From NCBI RefSeq assembly GCF_001194135.2, contig NC_068983.1, positions 109,980,986 through 110,034,096 on the forward strand: a stretch of 53,111 nt of DNA, written 5' to 3'. Below the pieces are notes generated by a model that saw only the letters and a program-made list of their open reading frames with translations, did not search any database and was not told the origin of the DNA. Position numbers and translations under genes: made by a program. The stretch's first letter is position 1, and every line of letters begins with the position of its first letter. This document shows positions 36,640 through 47,402 of the stretch, one piece after another. The stretch is from Octopus bimaculoides (lineage: Eukaryota).

Positions 36640-38095
36640 TTACCAATCGGTTTCGCGTAAAGAATACAATGGCGTGTTAGGTAACAAACCGATCATATAA
36701 CTTTACGCTCATAAGAGTTAGCCGATATGGAAGGGAATATTGGGACTGCTCTCTATTGTCGGAAGTGGATTAACACAACCGGTCAGCGGCTGCTGTGATA
36801 AAGGTGGTAGAACGAAAAAGGTCAAGGTGTTAGTTTAGCAGTTATGTCCCTTGGTTGGATGTGCTGTGCAGCCAGCAAGAGTTATCTTGAAGTGGAGAAA
36901 GTGTGTATTAGTAATGTGGTGCTCCTGTGAGGGATGGGGTGTGAGGTATATGTAGCGGTGTCATGTGTATAATCTTTTCCGTGGGTGTAGGTACATATAG
37001 CTGTGTTCGTTGGTCTGTTTTCTTTCTCTAAAGGATAAAGCTGTGGGGGAGGGGTGGTTACGCTAGCCTGCAGTGTTTAATGCGTGTGTTTGGGGCCTAT
37101 GTATAAGTGAAGGTATAATTTGTGTGAAGGGGTATGCGTTGGGAGGCAGTCTTATAGGGGTCTGTGCGTGTGAGTACACGAGTGCTTTTTGTGGGTGCTT
37201 TGGTCAAACTTCTTTTGCCAGGCTCAAAGACATTGGTGGAAGGTCATTTGCGGAAGGTCGAGGCAGGAGACTTATGGTTGCAGTCACGGTGGGGCGCACA
37301 GGTACGATAGAATGTACTTCCTTTCATGCGGGCAAGGATTAAACACCTCAATCCTTCTATTCAGGTAAACATCCGGGCATTGGGTACTTTTTAAAATGGC
37401 CCCTTCTCAGCCAGGCATAATCAGCACTTCCTGCTGCTATTGAAGTATGGGTTGCATCTTTCTAGGATCTTTCACTTTATGCTGTACTTTGTGGCGCTTT
37501 CTTTCAAATTTCAGACACGCTTGGCTAGGGTCGTGGGATGTTGAATGATGACTTCCTTCCGTTTGCCCCACATACTTTCGCACGCTCGGTTGTCCATTGG
37601 GTTCTGTTTCTGTTACTTCTACCTCGTAAACAACTGTTTCCGTATTGCAGTGACTGTTTTTTTAGCGGACAAGTTGCGTTACTCTTGCATAAACATCCTG
37701 CCTCAGCCCCGGGTCTGGGCTTACCTACTAAAACCTTTTTTACACTAGGTGCACAGCTAAAAGATAATCTCAGGCTATGTCTATTAAATATTTTGTTAAA
37801 TCTATTGATACGGAGGAAGTGTCTATCAACTAAATTAAGGAAGATCTTACCTACACTGGTCTTAACGTTTACAGAGAATGGCAGTGTGAACCACAATACT
37901 TTCCGGTGGCGCTTTCTCTTGGGGGCAGGGGCAAGAGTCTGCATGTTTTATCCTTGAAACCGCTGGCAGCCAGAGCCCGGTTGTAGTACGGGACGGCAGC
38001 ATCAAAGCTCATTTTGCTTGAAGACAAGCTGGAGATTCTCCTGCTTAACCAGGTTCTTGAGTGGTTGGATGGAAGGAACCTGTGTTAATATAACA
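36640..38095 (-). mobile_element. Penelope-like retroelement 3, minus arm (thumb, linker, partly deleted GIY-YIG, 3' UTR)
   Basis: YINTGSFHP, FDAAVPYYNRALAASGFK, RKVLWFTLPFSVNVKTSVGKIFLNLVDRHF...LSFSC, CLCKSNATCPL. Confidence 0.9.
36641..36720 (-). ncRNA. Degenerate hammerhead-like motif at the PLE3 3' end (G5U; long loop II)
   Basis: CTTATGA-GCGTAAAG-(38 nt)-CTTTACGC-GAAA-CC-GATT-GG-T-A: perfect 8-bp stem II; stem I is not intact. Confidence 0.55.
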
Positions 38096-38965
38096 CAAAA
38101 CAGATTTTAGTATATAAGCCCAGACCTGAGTCAGAAGTAACAGCAACAGGACTCAATGGACAATTGAGCGTGTGGAAGTATGTGGGGGAAGCGGAAGGCC
38201 CCTTCAGAACCCGCTTTAATAACCACAAGTTCTCATTCAACATCTCAAAGAGACGTAACGTCACAACCCTAGCCAAGCACGTCTAGACTTTGAAAGAAAG
38301 CGCCACGGAGTACAGCATAAATGGAAAATCTTAGAAAGATGCAAACCGTACTTCAATAGCAGCAGGAAGTGCAGATTACGCCTGGCTGAGAAGAGAGGGA
38401 TTTTAAAAGGTACCCAACGCCCAGGTTTTACCTGAATAATAGGAGTAAGGTGTTTAATCCTTGCCCGCATAAAAGAAAGTACATTCTATCGTACATGTAT
38501 GCCCCACCATGACTGCATCCACAGGTCTCCTGCCTCGACTTTCCACCGATGCCCTTGAGCTCGGCAAAAAGAGTTTGACCAAAGCACACACAAAGGCACC
38601 CATGTACACACACGCACACCCGCTTGTAAGGCTGTCCCTCCCAACACATATCCCTTCACACAAATTATACCCTCACATATACACAGACCCCAAAGACATT
38701 ACACACCGCACGCTAACATAACTACCCCTGCGGCTTCACCCGTTACAGAAAGAAAACAGACCAAAGAGCACAGCTATATGTACCTACACCACCGGAAAAA
38801 ATTATACTTATGACACCGCTACACATACCATACATCCCACACCTACAGAAGCACCACATTGATAATACACACTTTCCCCACTTCAAGATAACTCTTGCCG
38901 GCTTCACAACGCACCCAACCAAGTGATATAACTCCTAAACTAACCTCCTGGCCCCTTTTCGTTCC
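38096..38965 (+). mobile_element. Penelope-like retroelement 3, plus arm (GIY-YIG and 3' UTR), inverted relative to the minus arm
   Basis: KYVGEAEGPFRTRFNNHKFSF...TTLAKHV...WKILERC...CRL.LAEK..I...LNNRS.VFNPCPHKRKY; 38260-38960 aligns to the reverse complement of about 36830-37530. Confidence 0.9.
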
Positions 38966-38981
38966 ATATATATATATATAT

Positions 38982-39033
38982 AATAATGACTCACGGTCCG
39001 AGAGTTTCGTGCATTGGCACTTATCAAACTACT
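38982..39033 (-). ncRNA. Type I hammerhead ribozyme-like motif with U3-A8 core covariation
   Basis: AGTAGT-TTGATAA-GTGC-CAAT-GCAC-GAAA-CTC-TCGGACCGT-GAG-T-C-ATTATT: 6-bp stem I (2 G-U), 4-bp stem II, 4-bp stem III, GUC triplet. Confidence 0.7.
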
Positions 39034-39045
39034 AAATATATAAAT

Positions 39046-39047
<2 letters not shown>

Positions 39048-39130
<83 letters not shown>

Positions 39131-39140
39131 TGTGTGTGTG
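39048..39140. repeat. (GT)n microsatellite
   Basis: Direct reading. Confidence 0.95.
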
Positions 39141-39618
39141 TAAGCTTTAATGTTTATATCATGTAAATGAATATGTATGTATAAATATAAGGGTGAGGGC
39201 GAGTAATTTTTTCTTCTTTTAATAGCGTCTCTTAATGATTGGTAAATCAACTGTGATGCAACCTAAAGACAGCCACAATTAAGTTTATGAACAGACGAAT
39301 CTAAGCGAGCTGGCTGGCAGCTTGCTATCCCACTGTGATAACAAGCTGTTGCAACGAAAACGGTTTCCTTTGAAGCAGAACGCTTACAGACGCAACAGAT
39401 AAGGAATTCTTCCAGTGTACGTATCTACGACATTATAATTTTAGGGTGTTCATCTATCTTCATAAAATTCGAGACATATCTATGCTAGAGAGTTGTCTGA
39501 ATAAGTGGCTTGATTATTTCGCATTTTATATTTTTGATTTTTCATTTCCATGAATTCATTTTTAGTATATTTTATCATTTGTATCTCTTTGTATTTCTGC
39601 GTTACTTTTTGTCAATAG

Positions 39619-39821
39619 GATGCTAAAAATAGAATATGGATATAAAACAATGGGAGATTACAGATAATTTATCAGTATTCTCGAATTCACACACCTGGAG
39701 ACATGAAGGTACACAGCTATTGTTGGATCATATTAATGTCAGAATGTGTGTAACATGCGAAACACTGAGTAATTACCAGCTGAAACTAATGCACAGAAAC
39801 AATTGTAAAAATATGGATTAA
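39619..39821 (+). CDS. Possible start-codon-bearing exon; weak resemblance to the MEI1 N-terminus
   Basis: Strong polypyrimidine tract plus TAG ending at 39618, ATG at 39636, ORF ...FSNSHTWRHEGTQLLLDHINVRMCVTCETL... The donor is unclear and the similarity rests on recall only. Confidence 0.22.
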
Positions 39822-40187
39822 TTTTGTTCATTCTATCTTGTATTATATTTTTGTACGAATACAGCGAATATTAACGGATTTCCACATATATAACCGCTAA
39901 AAGGATAATTCTTGCAGTATGATAGCCTATGGTCGCCAATACCCATGGAGGAGCTTTGTAAAGCACACTAAAGTGTTATTACCCAGATGATATTAAATAT
40001 ACACATACACACACAGACATGCATACACATGCACATAAACGTATGCACTCACATACATATGATTTATCTATCTACATGGCTCCTTTACACTCAAGCTATA
40101 TAAAGTTGATATTATATGCACACACCCGTATAGGCATACACAAGCGAATACCGCCATATAATATACACAATCAATAGGTGAAGACAA

Positions 40188-40318
40188 GGCTGTGTAGTTA
40201 AAAAGTTCACTTCACAACCATGTGGTTTCAGAACCTTGAGTAGGTGGCTTCAACTGTAGCCCCAGGCCAATCAATGCCTTGTGTGGGAGTGTAATAGATG
40301 GGAAAGACGGAAACCCAT
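40188..40318 (+). mobile_element. Degenerate SINE family B copy
   Basis: ggctgtgtagttaaaaagttcacttcacaaccatgtggttt...ccaggccaatcaatgccttgtg...gacggaaac. Confidence 0.6.
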
Positions 40319-42004
40319 AGTAGGTGCGTGTACACACATGTAATACAAGTATGTCTATGTAAATATGTGGAAGTGTATGTATGCACGAATGTGCGTAAAT
40401 ATTTCTAACTTGAGATTGTCACCGCCTGTGTGAAGCAGTGGTAATGCTGACACTCTTTATTGACATTATAACCGGGGTTTCTACGCTTTCGAGGACCTCT
40501 GGAATAATAAAAATATCTTGCTTGTAAACAGGTAAGGGAGTGTTAGTGACAGCAAGAACATATGAACGTAAAATTCTGCCTCAAATAATTTCCCGTCTAA
40601 AGTCATGTTATGAAAACATGAACGTTAAGCGAAAGACTCATATGTTTTCAGAATTGCTGTAGATGTTCATTTACAAACTTCAGTAAACATTCAGGCAATA
40701 ATTCGTTCTTTTTCTCTTTTTCTTTTTTCTCCAATTTCGGCAACTTTATGTATTAGCGACAATGACAACAGTAATAAAAGTAATATCAATAGGATAACGA
40801 ATACCGCGAGAATGGTTGAAGGGAAAAGAGAAGGCAAGCAGCGACAGTTACGCTTAATGTCTGAAAAGCTGTTGAAGCAACCTATGAATAGATTCAAAAG
40901 TTTGAGTTTTTCTTTTTCTTTTTGCCTCATGTGCTTCTCATTATATCAAAACTTTTAGTTTTCCGTTGGGCTTTACATTTTGTGTTGTATTTTTCATCTT
41001 TTCGCTGTATCAGCGTATGTAATGTAATGCCGATTCAATAGTGATCTATCTGGAAATTTATTATATTTATTCTCAAATGTTTGATGAGTTTATTTTTCGG
41101 TTGTTTGTGTTTTGAGAAATTATTGTATATTTTGTGGGTCTCAGAAAAGAGGGAGTTAGAGCTTTTGTTGATTTATTTTTAAATAAATGTGAAAAGCCAT
41201 TTGATCATTCAATATCGAATGCTTAGAATATACGATATTGCGTAATTACGGAAAAATTCTAGCTATTCGAAATTCGGAAATTGTGTACTTACTGGAAATT
41301 TGAAATGTATATATTTAAAGAGGTGAAATAAATTTAAACATTACAGAGCCCATAATGAGTTAAATATGAACGTAAATTTATCATTTCTATGTAACTGATA
41401 TGCAGGAAAAAATAAGGAGCGCATCACATGACAGCCCATTTCATGGTTTGTTGAGCTCTTCTCAGAGAAGACGTACTCAGTTCCTTTCTCTAGTCACAAA
41501 CACAGATCACCTGCTATACAAAGCAGTTATAAATTAAGCTAGAACCATGGTGGATGACTTAATTTGCATACTTGTACTGTTGACGATTAATAAACAACAT
41601 CTATTTTATGCACAGTACAGAGTAAATATGAAGAAATGAAATAAATCTATATGTTACAAAATCTGACTGCGGGTTAGATAAACATGTAAACACATCTATA
41701 CTATTTGTACGCAGAATAAAAGGTGTGGGGGGGAGCAAGTGTGGCTTTGTATTGTTTAAGTTTATTCTGTTTCTGATATACGCCGTGTTTTAAAAAAGTA
41801 GTGTGTATTTCAAATTGAACACATATTGTGTAACTGTTCCTTCTTCTGATTTAGCACCGTGAAAGAAATTGCATCTGGTCACCGCTGATGTATAGATACG
41901 ATACATATGTACACAAATACAGACATATACAAACTTACATATATATGTGTGTGTATACATATAGACTTACACATATACATACGCATGTATTATATATATA
42001 TATA

Positions 42005-43230
42005 TTAGCAGAAATACCCGGCGTTGCGCGGGTTAAAGAAAATATTGAAATTTAAAAATGCCTTTCAGATCTCTAACATGAAACATAGACTATTCAGGTC
42101 TTACCTCCTAGTATCTGAGATACTAACTTAATAGGCTGGTATTTCACAGGTTATTGAAAATAATGAAATTTAAGTATGCCTTTTACATCTCTAAGTAAAA
42201 TGAAACATGGATTATGCAGTTCTCAACAGTACTTAATAGCTGAGGTACAAAAAATAGCTGAGGTAGAAACTATTAATGTAAATAGCGTGTTTTATCCGAT
42301 GTTCTAACTGTTAAAATTGTTAAAAAAGCAGGTAGTTATCTTATTCTTTGCAATCACCTTCAATTGTCAGTACTTATTTGAAACACATTGGACCTGAAAA
42401 TGCATAAATTTAAGAAGAACCGGCCTGCGGGCGCTCTCCTCTTGTTAATAAGTACATGTAACAAAAATTCTATCTGATGACGAGTACAAACAAATGTATT
42501 GAAACAAATCCGGAAATCAATCACAGTTTAATTATCTACAGCTTCTAAATATACGATGTTTTGAGTGTGTCCTTTAATTAGTGTATAAATGAAAAGATTT
42601 TGGGAACTTCCAACTCACGAACATCCTACATATAATTGCCCACGAGAGAAACAAGTCCAACAACCTCGAGAGACTTTCCTTGAGAGACTTTCCTTGAGAT
42701 ACTTTCCTTGAGAGACTTTCTTTGAGACTTGTTCCTTGAGACATAGCAAAACTTGGAACCATTTAAATTCAAAGGAAAGGTCATATGCGATTTACGGGAT
42801 CCGTGGAATGAAGACATCTACTCTCTTATAGTTCCCAGTCATAATTGTTGCCTCTGGGACATGGGGTCGCATCGCCTTTACCACCAGCCTGGTGCCATTG
42901 CATAGACGAGGTGAATCCAGATTCCTGAGCAGCATGATTGCTTCCCCTTTTTAAGAGTCAGGTGGTCAGGTAGCATTCCAGATGGCTGTAGAGAGTTCAG
43001 GAACTCAGTTGGAAAAACTACAGCTTGGTCCTGATCAATGACAGTGTCAAGGGATTTCAAAGACTGTTCTTGTCCAGGCAACAGCTGCGAGAGACCCCAG
43101 TTGATTTTGTTGACAGCATCATTACGTGGAGCTAAAGTAGCTCGCTCACAGAGCCATTGGCTGTTGCTAAAGCTTTGTGCAATGTTTGAGAGCACATGCA
43201 TTATGTTATGAGATCATTAACAGTTGGTAC
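42005..43230 (-). mobile_element. Helitron 3' portion: PIF1-type helicase remnant and intact 3' terminus
   Basis: WLCERATLAPRNDAVNKIN...KSLDTV...FPTEFLNSLQPSGM.P..LTLK.G, FAMS..SQG.SL..VGL and SHGQLY. The minus-strand 3' end has a hairpin ACCCG..CGGGT (42016-42033), then CTAA (CTRR) and T. Confidence 0.92.
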
Positions 43231-43267
43231 CATCCCACCATAAGTTTTCTGCCGCCTCCATGACTTT

Positions 43268-44288
43268 GGATGATGATGACTTTCAGAAAAATGGATGTTT
43301 TTAATGAAATTATCTACAAATATACCTCGGACTATGTAGATTTCAAGCATATAGGATTTTGGGGGAAAACAACTGAGGGTTATTTTTATGAACTGTTCCC
43401 CACTAGTGGGTGTTTCGGAACAAGTCGTCCATATTTGCTTCAGTTTCTCCGTTTTGTGCGTTTGTGCATCCGTATATAATCCTTAATCCTAATCGTAAAA
43501 TTTCGGGAAAAAATCGAAAAGTTAAGGAAGGGGTGTATTAAAACATCTAAAAGTAGACTTTTTGCATATTCAGAATCTCTGTTGGAGACAAGGTCGGGAT
43601 CCTCTCACACACATATATATATATGTAATGAAAAAAGTTCAAACGCGGAATTATTCCATTCAATATCATGTTTATCATAGAGATTATGTAACAAATTATA
43701 CTCTACACTTCTACATTTAGCTGTGTATGTATATTACTTATTTTTGCTTCTGGTGTCTTCCGCCTTTCTATTAGAACTGTTTATCTGGGAATTTACTTAA
43801 AGTGAAAAAAAAATCGTATGCAACACAAGTCATCTTAACATATATTTGTGTACCAGACATTTAGCTGTTATTTTTAGCATGAATTTTCTGGTGAGGGTTT
43901 CATTTGCCTTCATTGCCTGTTGCTTCAGTAGAAATCTATGGATGCACAAACGCACAAAACAGAGAAAATGAAACAAATATGGACGACTTGTTCCGAAACA
44001 GTAGGGAACATTTCTCAAAAATAACCCCTAATGGTTTTTCCCCCAAATTCCTATATGCTCGGAATCTATATAGTCCAAGGTATATTTGTAGACAATTTCA
44101 TTAAAGAATATGCTTTTCCTGAAAGTTAAGTGAATCGAAGTGGACTCCGTTGAATTTTCCGCAAATCCTTCCTCACTCCTCCTAAAATACTCCCCCACCC
44201 AAATTTTGTACATTCGGAATCTACATGATTAACACATTCGTAGAAAATTTCATTAAGAAATGTCCATTTTCTGAAAGTTATGATCATT
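43268..44288. mobile_element. Fold-back/MITE with ~200 bp inverted arms
   Basis: 43275-43476 matches the reverse complement of about 43940-44130, and a second partial arm at about 44200-44288 ends in TTTTCTGAAAGTTATGATCATTC, matching the left end. Confidence 0.75.
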
Positions 44289-44304
44289 CAGACCGATTCT
44301 AGGA

Positions 44305-44616
44305 CTTATTCTTTGTAAGCCTAGTACTTAATTTATCGGTATTTTTGCCGAATCGCTAAGTTGCAGGGATATAAACACACCAGTATCGGCTGTCAATCGG
44401 TGATAGGTGGGTGAGACAAACACAGATAGACACAGACAGGCAGACACACACACACATACGACGGGCTTCTTTGAGTTTCCGTCTGCCAAATCCACTCACA
44501 AAGCTTTGGTCGACCAGAGGATATAGAAGACACTTGCCTAAGGTGCCACGCAGAGGGACTGAACCCGGAACCATGTGGTTTGGAAGCAGGCTTCTTAACA
44601 CAACTACACCTGCGCC
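44305..44616 (-). mobile_element. SINE family B, full-length with (TG)-rich middle and 3' tail
   Basis: Reverse complement GGCGCAGGTGTAGTTGTG..., GGTTCAGTCCC, GGCACCTTAGGCAAGTGTCTTCT, GAAACTCAAAGAAGCCCGTC. Confidence 0.9.
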
Positions 44617-44964
44617 TTAAAAGAAAGCAAACCTTTCACCAGATGCTTCCTATCTTACAGGTGATGAACTGTAATTTTTGCTATTCCTGGTGATTCGATA
44701 GACCATGTAGAGGTCATAAAGTTGCGTGTGTTTGTATATATACAATGAATACAATGAATCAGGGGGAATTGAACAACATTAAAAGATTTCTTCTTTTAGT
44801 GTATCTAAAATGTATTAGTTTTGATTGGACATCCAATTCCCCAATATAGATTAATTGAAGCAAATTTAGCTCTGGAAGCTAACACAATAATCGTCATCCT
44901 CTGTCTTGCTTGCAACTGTGTGTTCCTTTTTGTTTGCCTCTTTAACTGGTTTGGTCTACAGAGG

Positions 44965-45602
44965 AAAGAGCTCTACTCATAGCCTTTGCACTCCTAATCC
45001 AGGTGAGATTGATGTGCTTAATATCTTGATTGAATAGTCCAATTTGTTAGCAGATCGAAATTAGTTCGCGTCTTTTGTTTATTAAAGGTGCAGTGTGACA
45101 AAAATAGTATGTATGTGCGTATGTATCACTCTCTCTCCTTTCTCTCTCTCTCTCTCCTTTCTCTCTCTCTCTCTCCTTTCTCTCTCTCTCTCTCCTTTCT
45201 CTCTCTCTCTCTCCTTTCTCTCTCTCTCTCTCCTNNNNNNNNNNNNNNNNNNNNNNNNNNNNNNNNNNNNNNNNNNNNNNNNNNNNNNNNNNNNNNNNNN
45301 NNNNNNNNNNNNNNNNNNNNNNNNNNNNNNNNNNNNNNNNNNNNNNNNNNNNNNNNNNNNNNNNNNNNNNNNNNNNNNNNNNNNNNNNNNNNNNNNNNNN
45401 NNNNNNNNNNNNNNNNNNNNNNNNNNNNNNNNNNNNNNNNNNNNNNNNNNNNNNNNNNNNNNNNNNNNNNNNNNNNNNNNNNNNNNNNNNNNNNNNNNNN
45501 NNNNNNNNNNNNNNNNNNNNNNNNNNNNNNNNNNNNNNNNNNNNNNNNNNNNNNNNNNNNNNNNNNNNNNNNNNNNNNNNNNNNNNNNNNNNNNNNNNNN
45601 NN

Positions 45603-45679
<77 letters not shown>

Positions 45680-45830
45680 TACATATTTTTGCCACCCTGT
45701 TTCTTATAAACAAACAAAAACACAAACTAATTTCGATCTACTGACAAATTCAACTATTCAAGCAAGACATTATGCAGATCAATCTCACCTAGAGTAGGAA
45801 AGAGTGCGAAGGCTATACGTACAGCTCTTT
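44965..45830. mobile_element. Fold-back element with ~160 bp inverted arms enclosing microsatellites and an N-gap
   Basis: 44965-45120 matches the reverse complement of about 45665-45830 (e.g. cagatcgaaattagtt / aactaatttcgatcta; gcctttgcact / agtgcgaaggc). Confidence 0.72.
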
Positions 45831-46286
45831 AAGCAACTTGTGAAAATCTAAGTTGAAATTCTGGATGTTACCTCTGGCAGCAAACTTCTAAAACAGCTGC
45901 AAAGAGGCTTGGATGTTGCACAAAATTAAACCATAAATTAGATTTGGTTAGAGGCATCATAAATAAATTGCAATTATTGTGTATTGTAACGTATGAGCCA
46001 GCATGAAATACATTATCCTCGAAAATATAACAAACAAATGATCTACCTTTTAGAAACAGCTCAGTTCAAACTTTAAGTGAAAGAATTTCACAAGCCCATG
46101 CACTAATGTGTGTGTACAGACATATGCACAGAAACATACAAACACACACGTTTGTATGTGTGTTTTTGTGTGTGTATTTACCAATACAGATATTTTAGTG
46201 CATGTGTTTGTAAAATTCCTTCACTCAACATTTGAACTCAGCTATTTCTAAGAGGTTCATTATTTGTTTAATATAGTTTTGAAGGA

Positions 46287-46490
46287 GGCGGCGAGCTGGT
46301 AGAATCATTAGCACGCTGGACATAAATGTTTAGCGGTATTTCGCCCGTCGCTACGATCTGAGTTCAAATTCCGCCGCGGTCGACTTTGCTTTCAGCCTTT
46401 CCGGGTCGATAAATTAAGTACTGGTTACCTACTGGGGTCGACGTAATCGACTAACCCCATCCCCCTTGTGCCTTTTATAGAAAGGATTAT
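46287..46490 (+). mobile_element. SINE family A, full-length
   Basis: GGCGGCGAGCTGGTAGAATC, GAGTTCAAATTCC, GTCGATAAATTAAGTAC, GGGGTCGACGTAATCGACT. Confidence 0.92.
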
Positions 46491-46984
46491 GTTTTCGAAG
46501 ACAATGTATTCCATGACAGTTCCTACTTCACAATAACTGCAATTTATTTATGATGCCTCTAATAATTATTATTTAAAAATTTTGTGCAATATTCCAGGAT
46601 TCTTTGCAACTCTTTTAGAAGCTTACTGCCTATGGCAACATCTAGAATTTCAACTTAGATTTTCATAGGTTGCTTTAAGACGTACTTTTAGGAATGGGTC
46701 ATCGTTTCGGAACCAAGATTCTCCTGTTGCATTCTAACGTATAAAACAAAAACTTCCACTTATCAGCCTTGGATTTCGTCCTGACAACGTCTCAGTTTTA
46801 ACTGGATTCAGGTAGAACGTTTGTATTTGCTGATCTAATCCTAGTGAATAGCGTATCATCATCAGTGTGCAATTACAGTTCCTTTTCGCTGGTGTGGAAA
46901 GATATCCAAGAAAATAGAAGAAAATGTAGAACTGATATATTGATGTGTTTAGGATCAGATTATTCATATAAATAAGTTGATACT

Positions 46985-47266
46985 GTTCTATATTTAAGAG
47001 ATGAGAAATTATGTACATTATTTACATTATTTACAATTGACGGATATTTGTCCTCATTTGGTTTGTTGTTAACACAACATTTCGGCTGATATACCCTCCA
47101 GCTTTCATCAGGTGTCTTGAGGAAATTTCGGACCTGGGTTCTCATTCCTAAGGTATTTTTCGATGTTATTATAATTATTATCATTGTTATTCAGGTCACT
47201 GCCTGGAATCGAACTCGGAATCTTGGGCTTAGTAGCCCGCGCTCTTAACAACTACGCCATATGCCC
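46985..47266 (-). mobile_element. tRNA-headed, hammerhead-bearing SINE-like element (complete arm)
   Basis: Head 47266-47192 with box A TGGCGTAGTTG (47259-47249) and box B GTTCGATTCC (47214-47205), a short AAT tract, a body, and a hammerhead at 47116-47070. Confidence 0.8.
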
Positions 47267-47275
47267 ACGCGCATT

Positions 47276-47285
47276 CAGTGACCTA

Positions 47286-47353
<68 letters not shown>

Positions 47354-47357
47354 TGAC

Positions 47358-47402
<45 letters not shown>

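Noticed and set aside
42470-42530. CTGATGA...GAAAC hammerhead candidate within the Helitron
   Set aside because: No credible stem III/NUH site or stem I.
45047-45744. Long ORFs of 200+ aa (also 18594-19085, 21378-21749, 36140-36606, 50672-51785)
   Set aside because: They consist of microsatellite translations and X runs across N-gaps and are not coding evidence.
46700-46870. Minus-strand CTGATGA, AAACGTT and GACGAAA fragments
   Set aside because: The core pieces cannot be assembled with consistent stems.
47192-47266. A functional tRNA gene
   Set aside because: The acceptor and anticodon stems do not pair properly and the sequence is fused to a repeat body; it is a SINE-like head.
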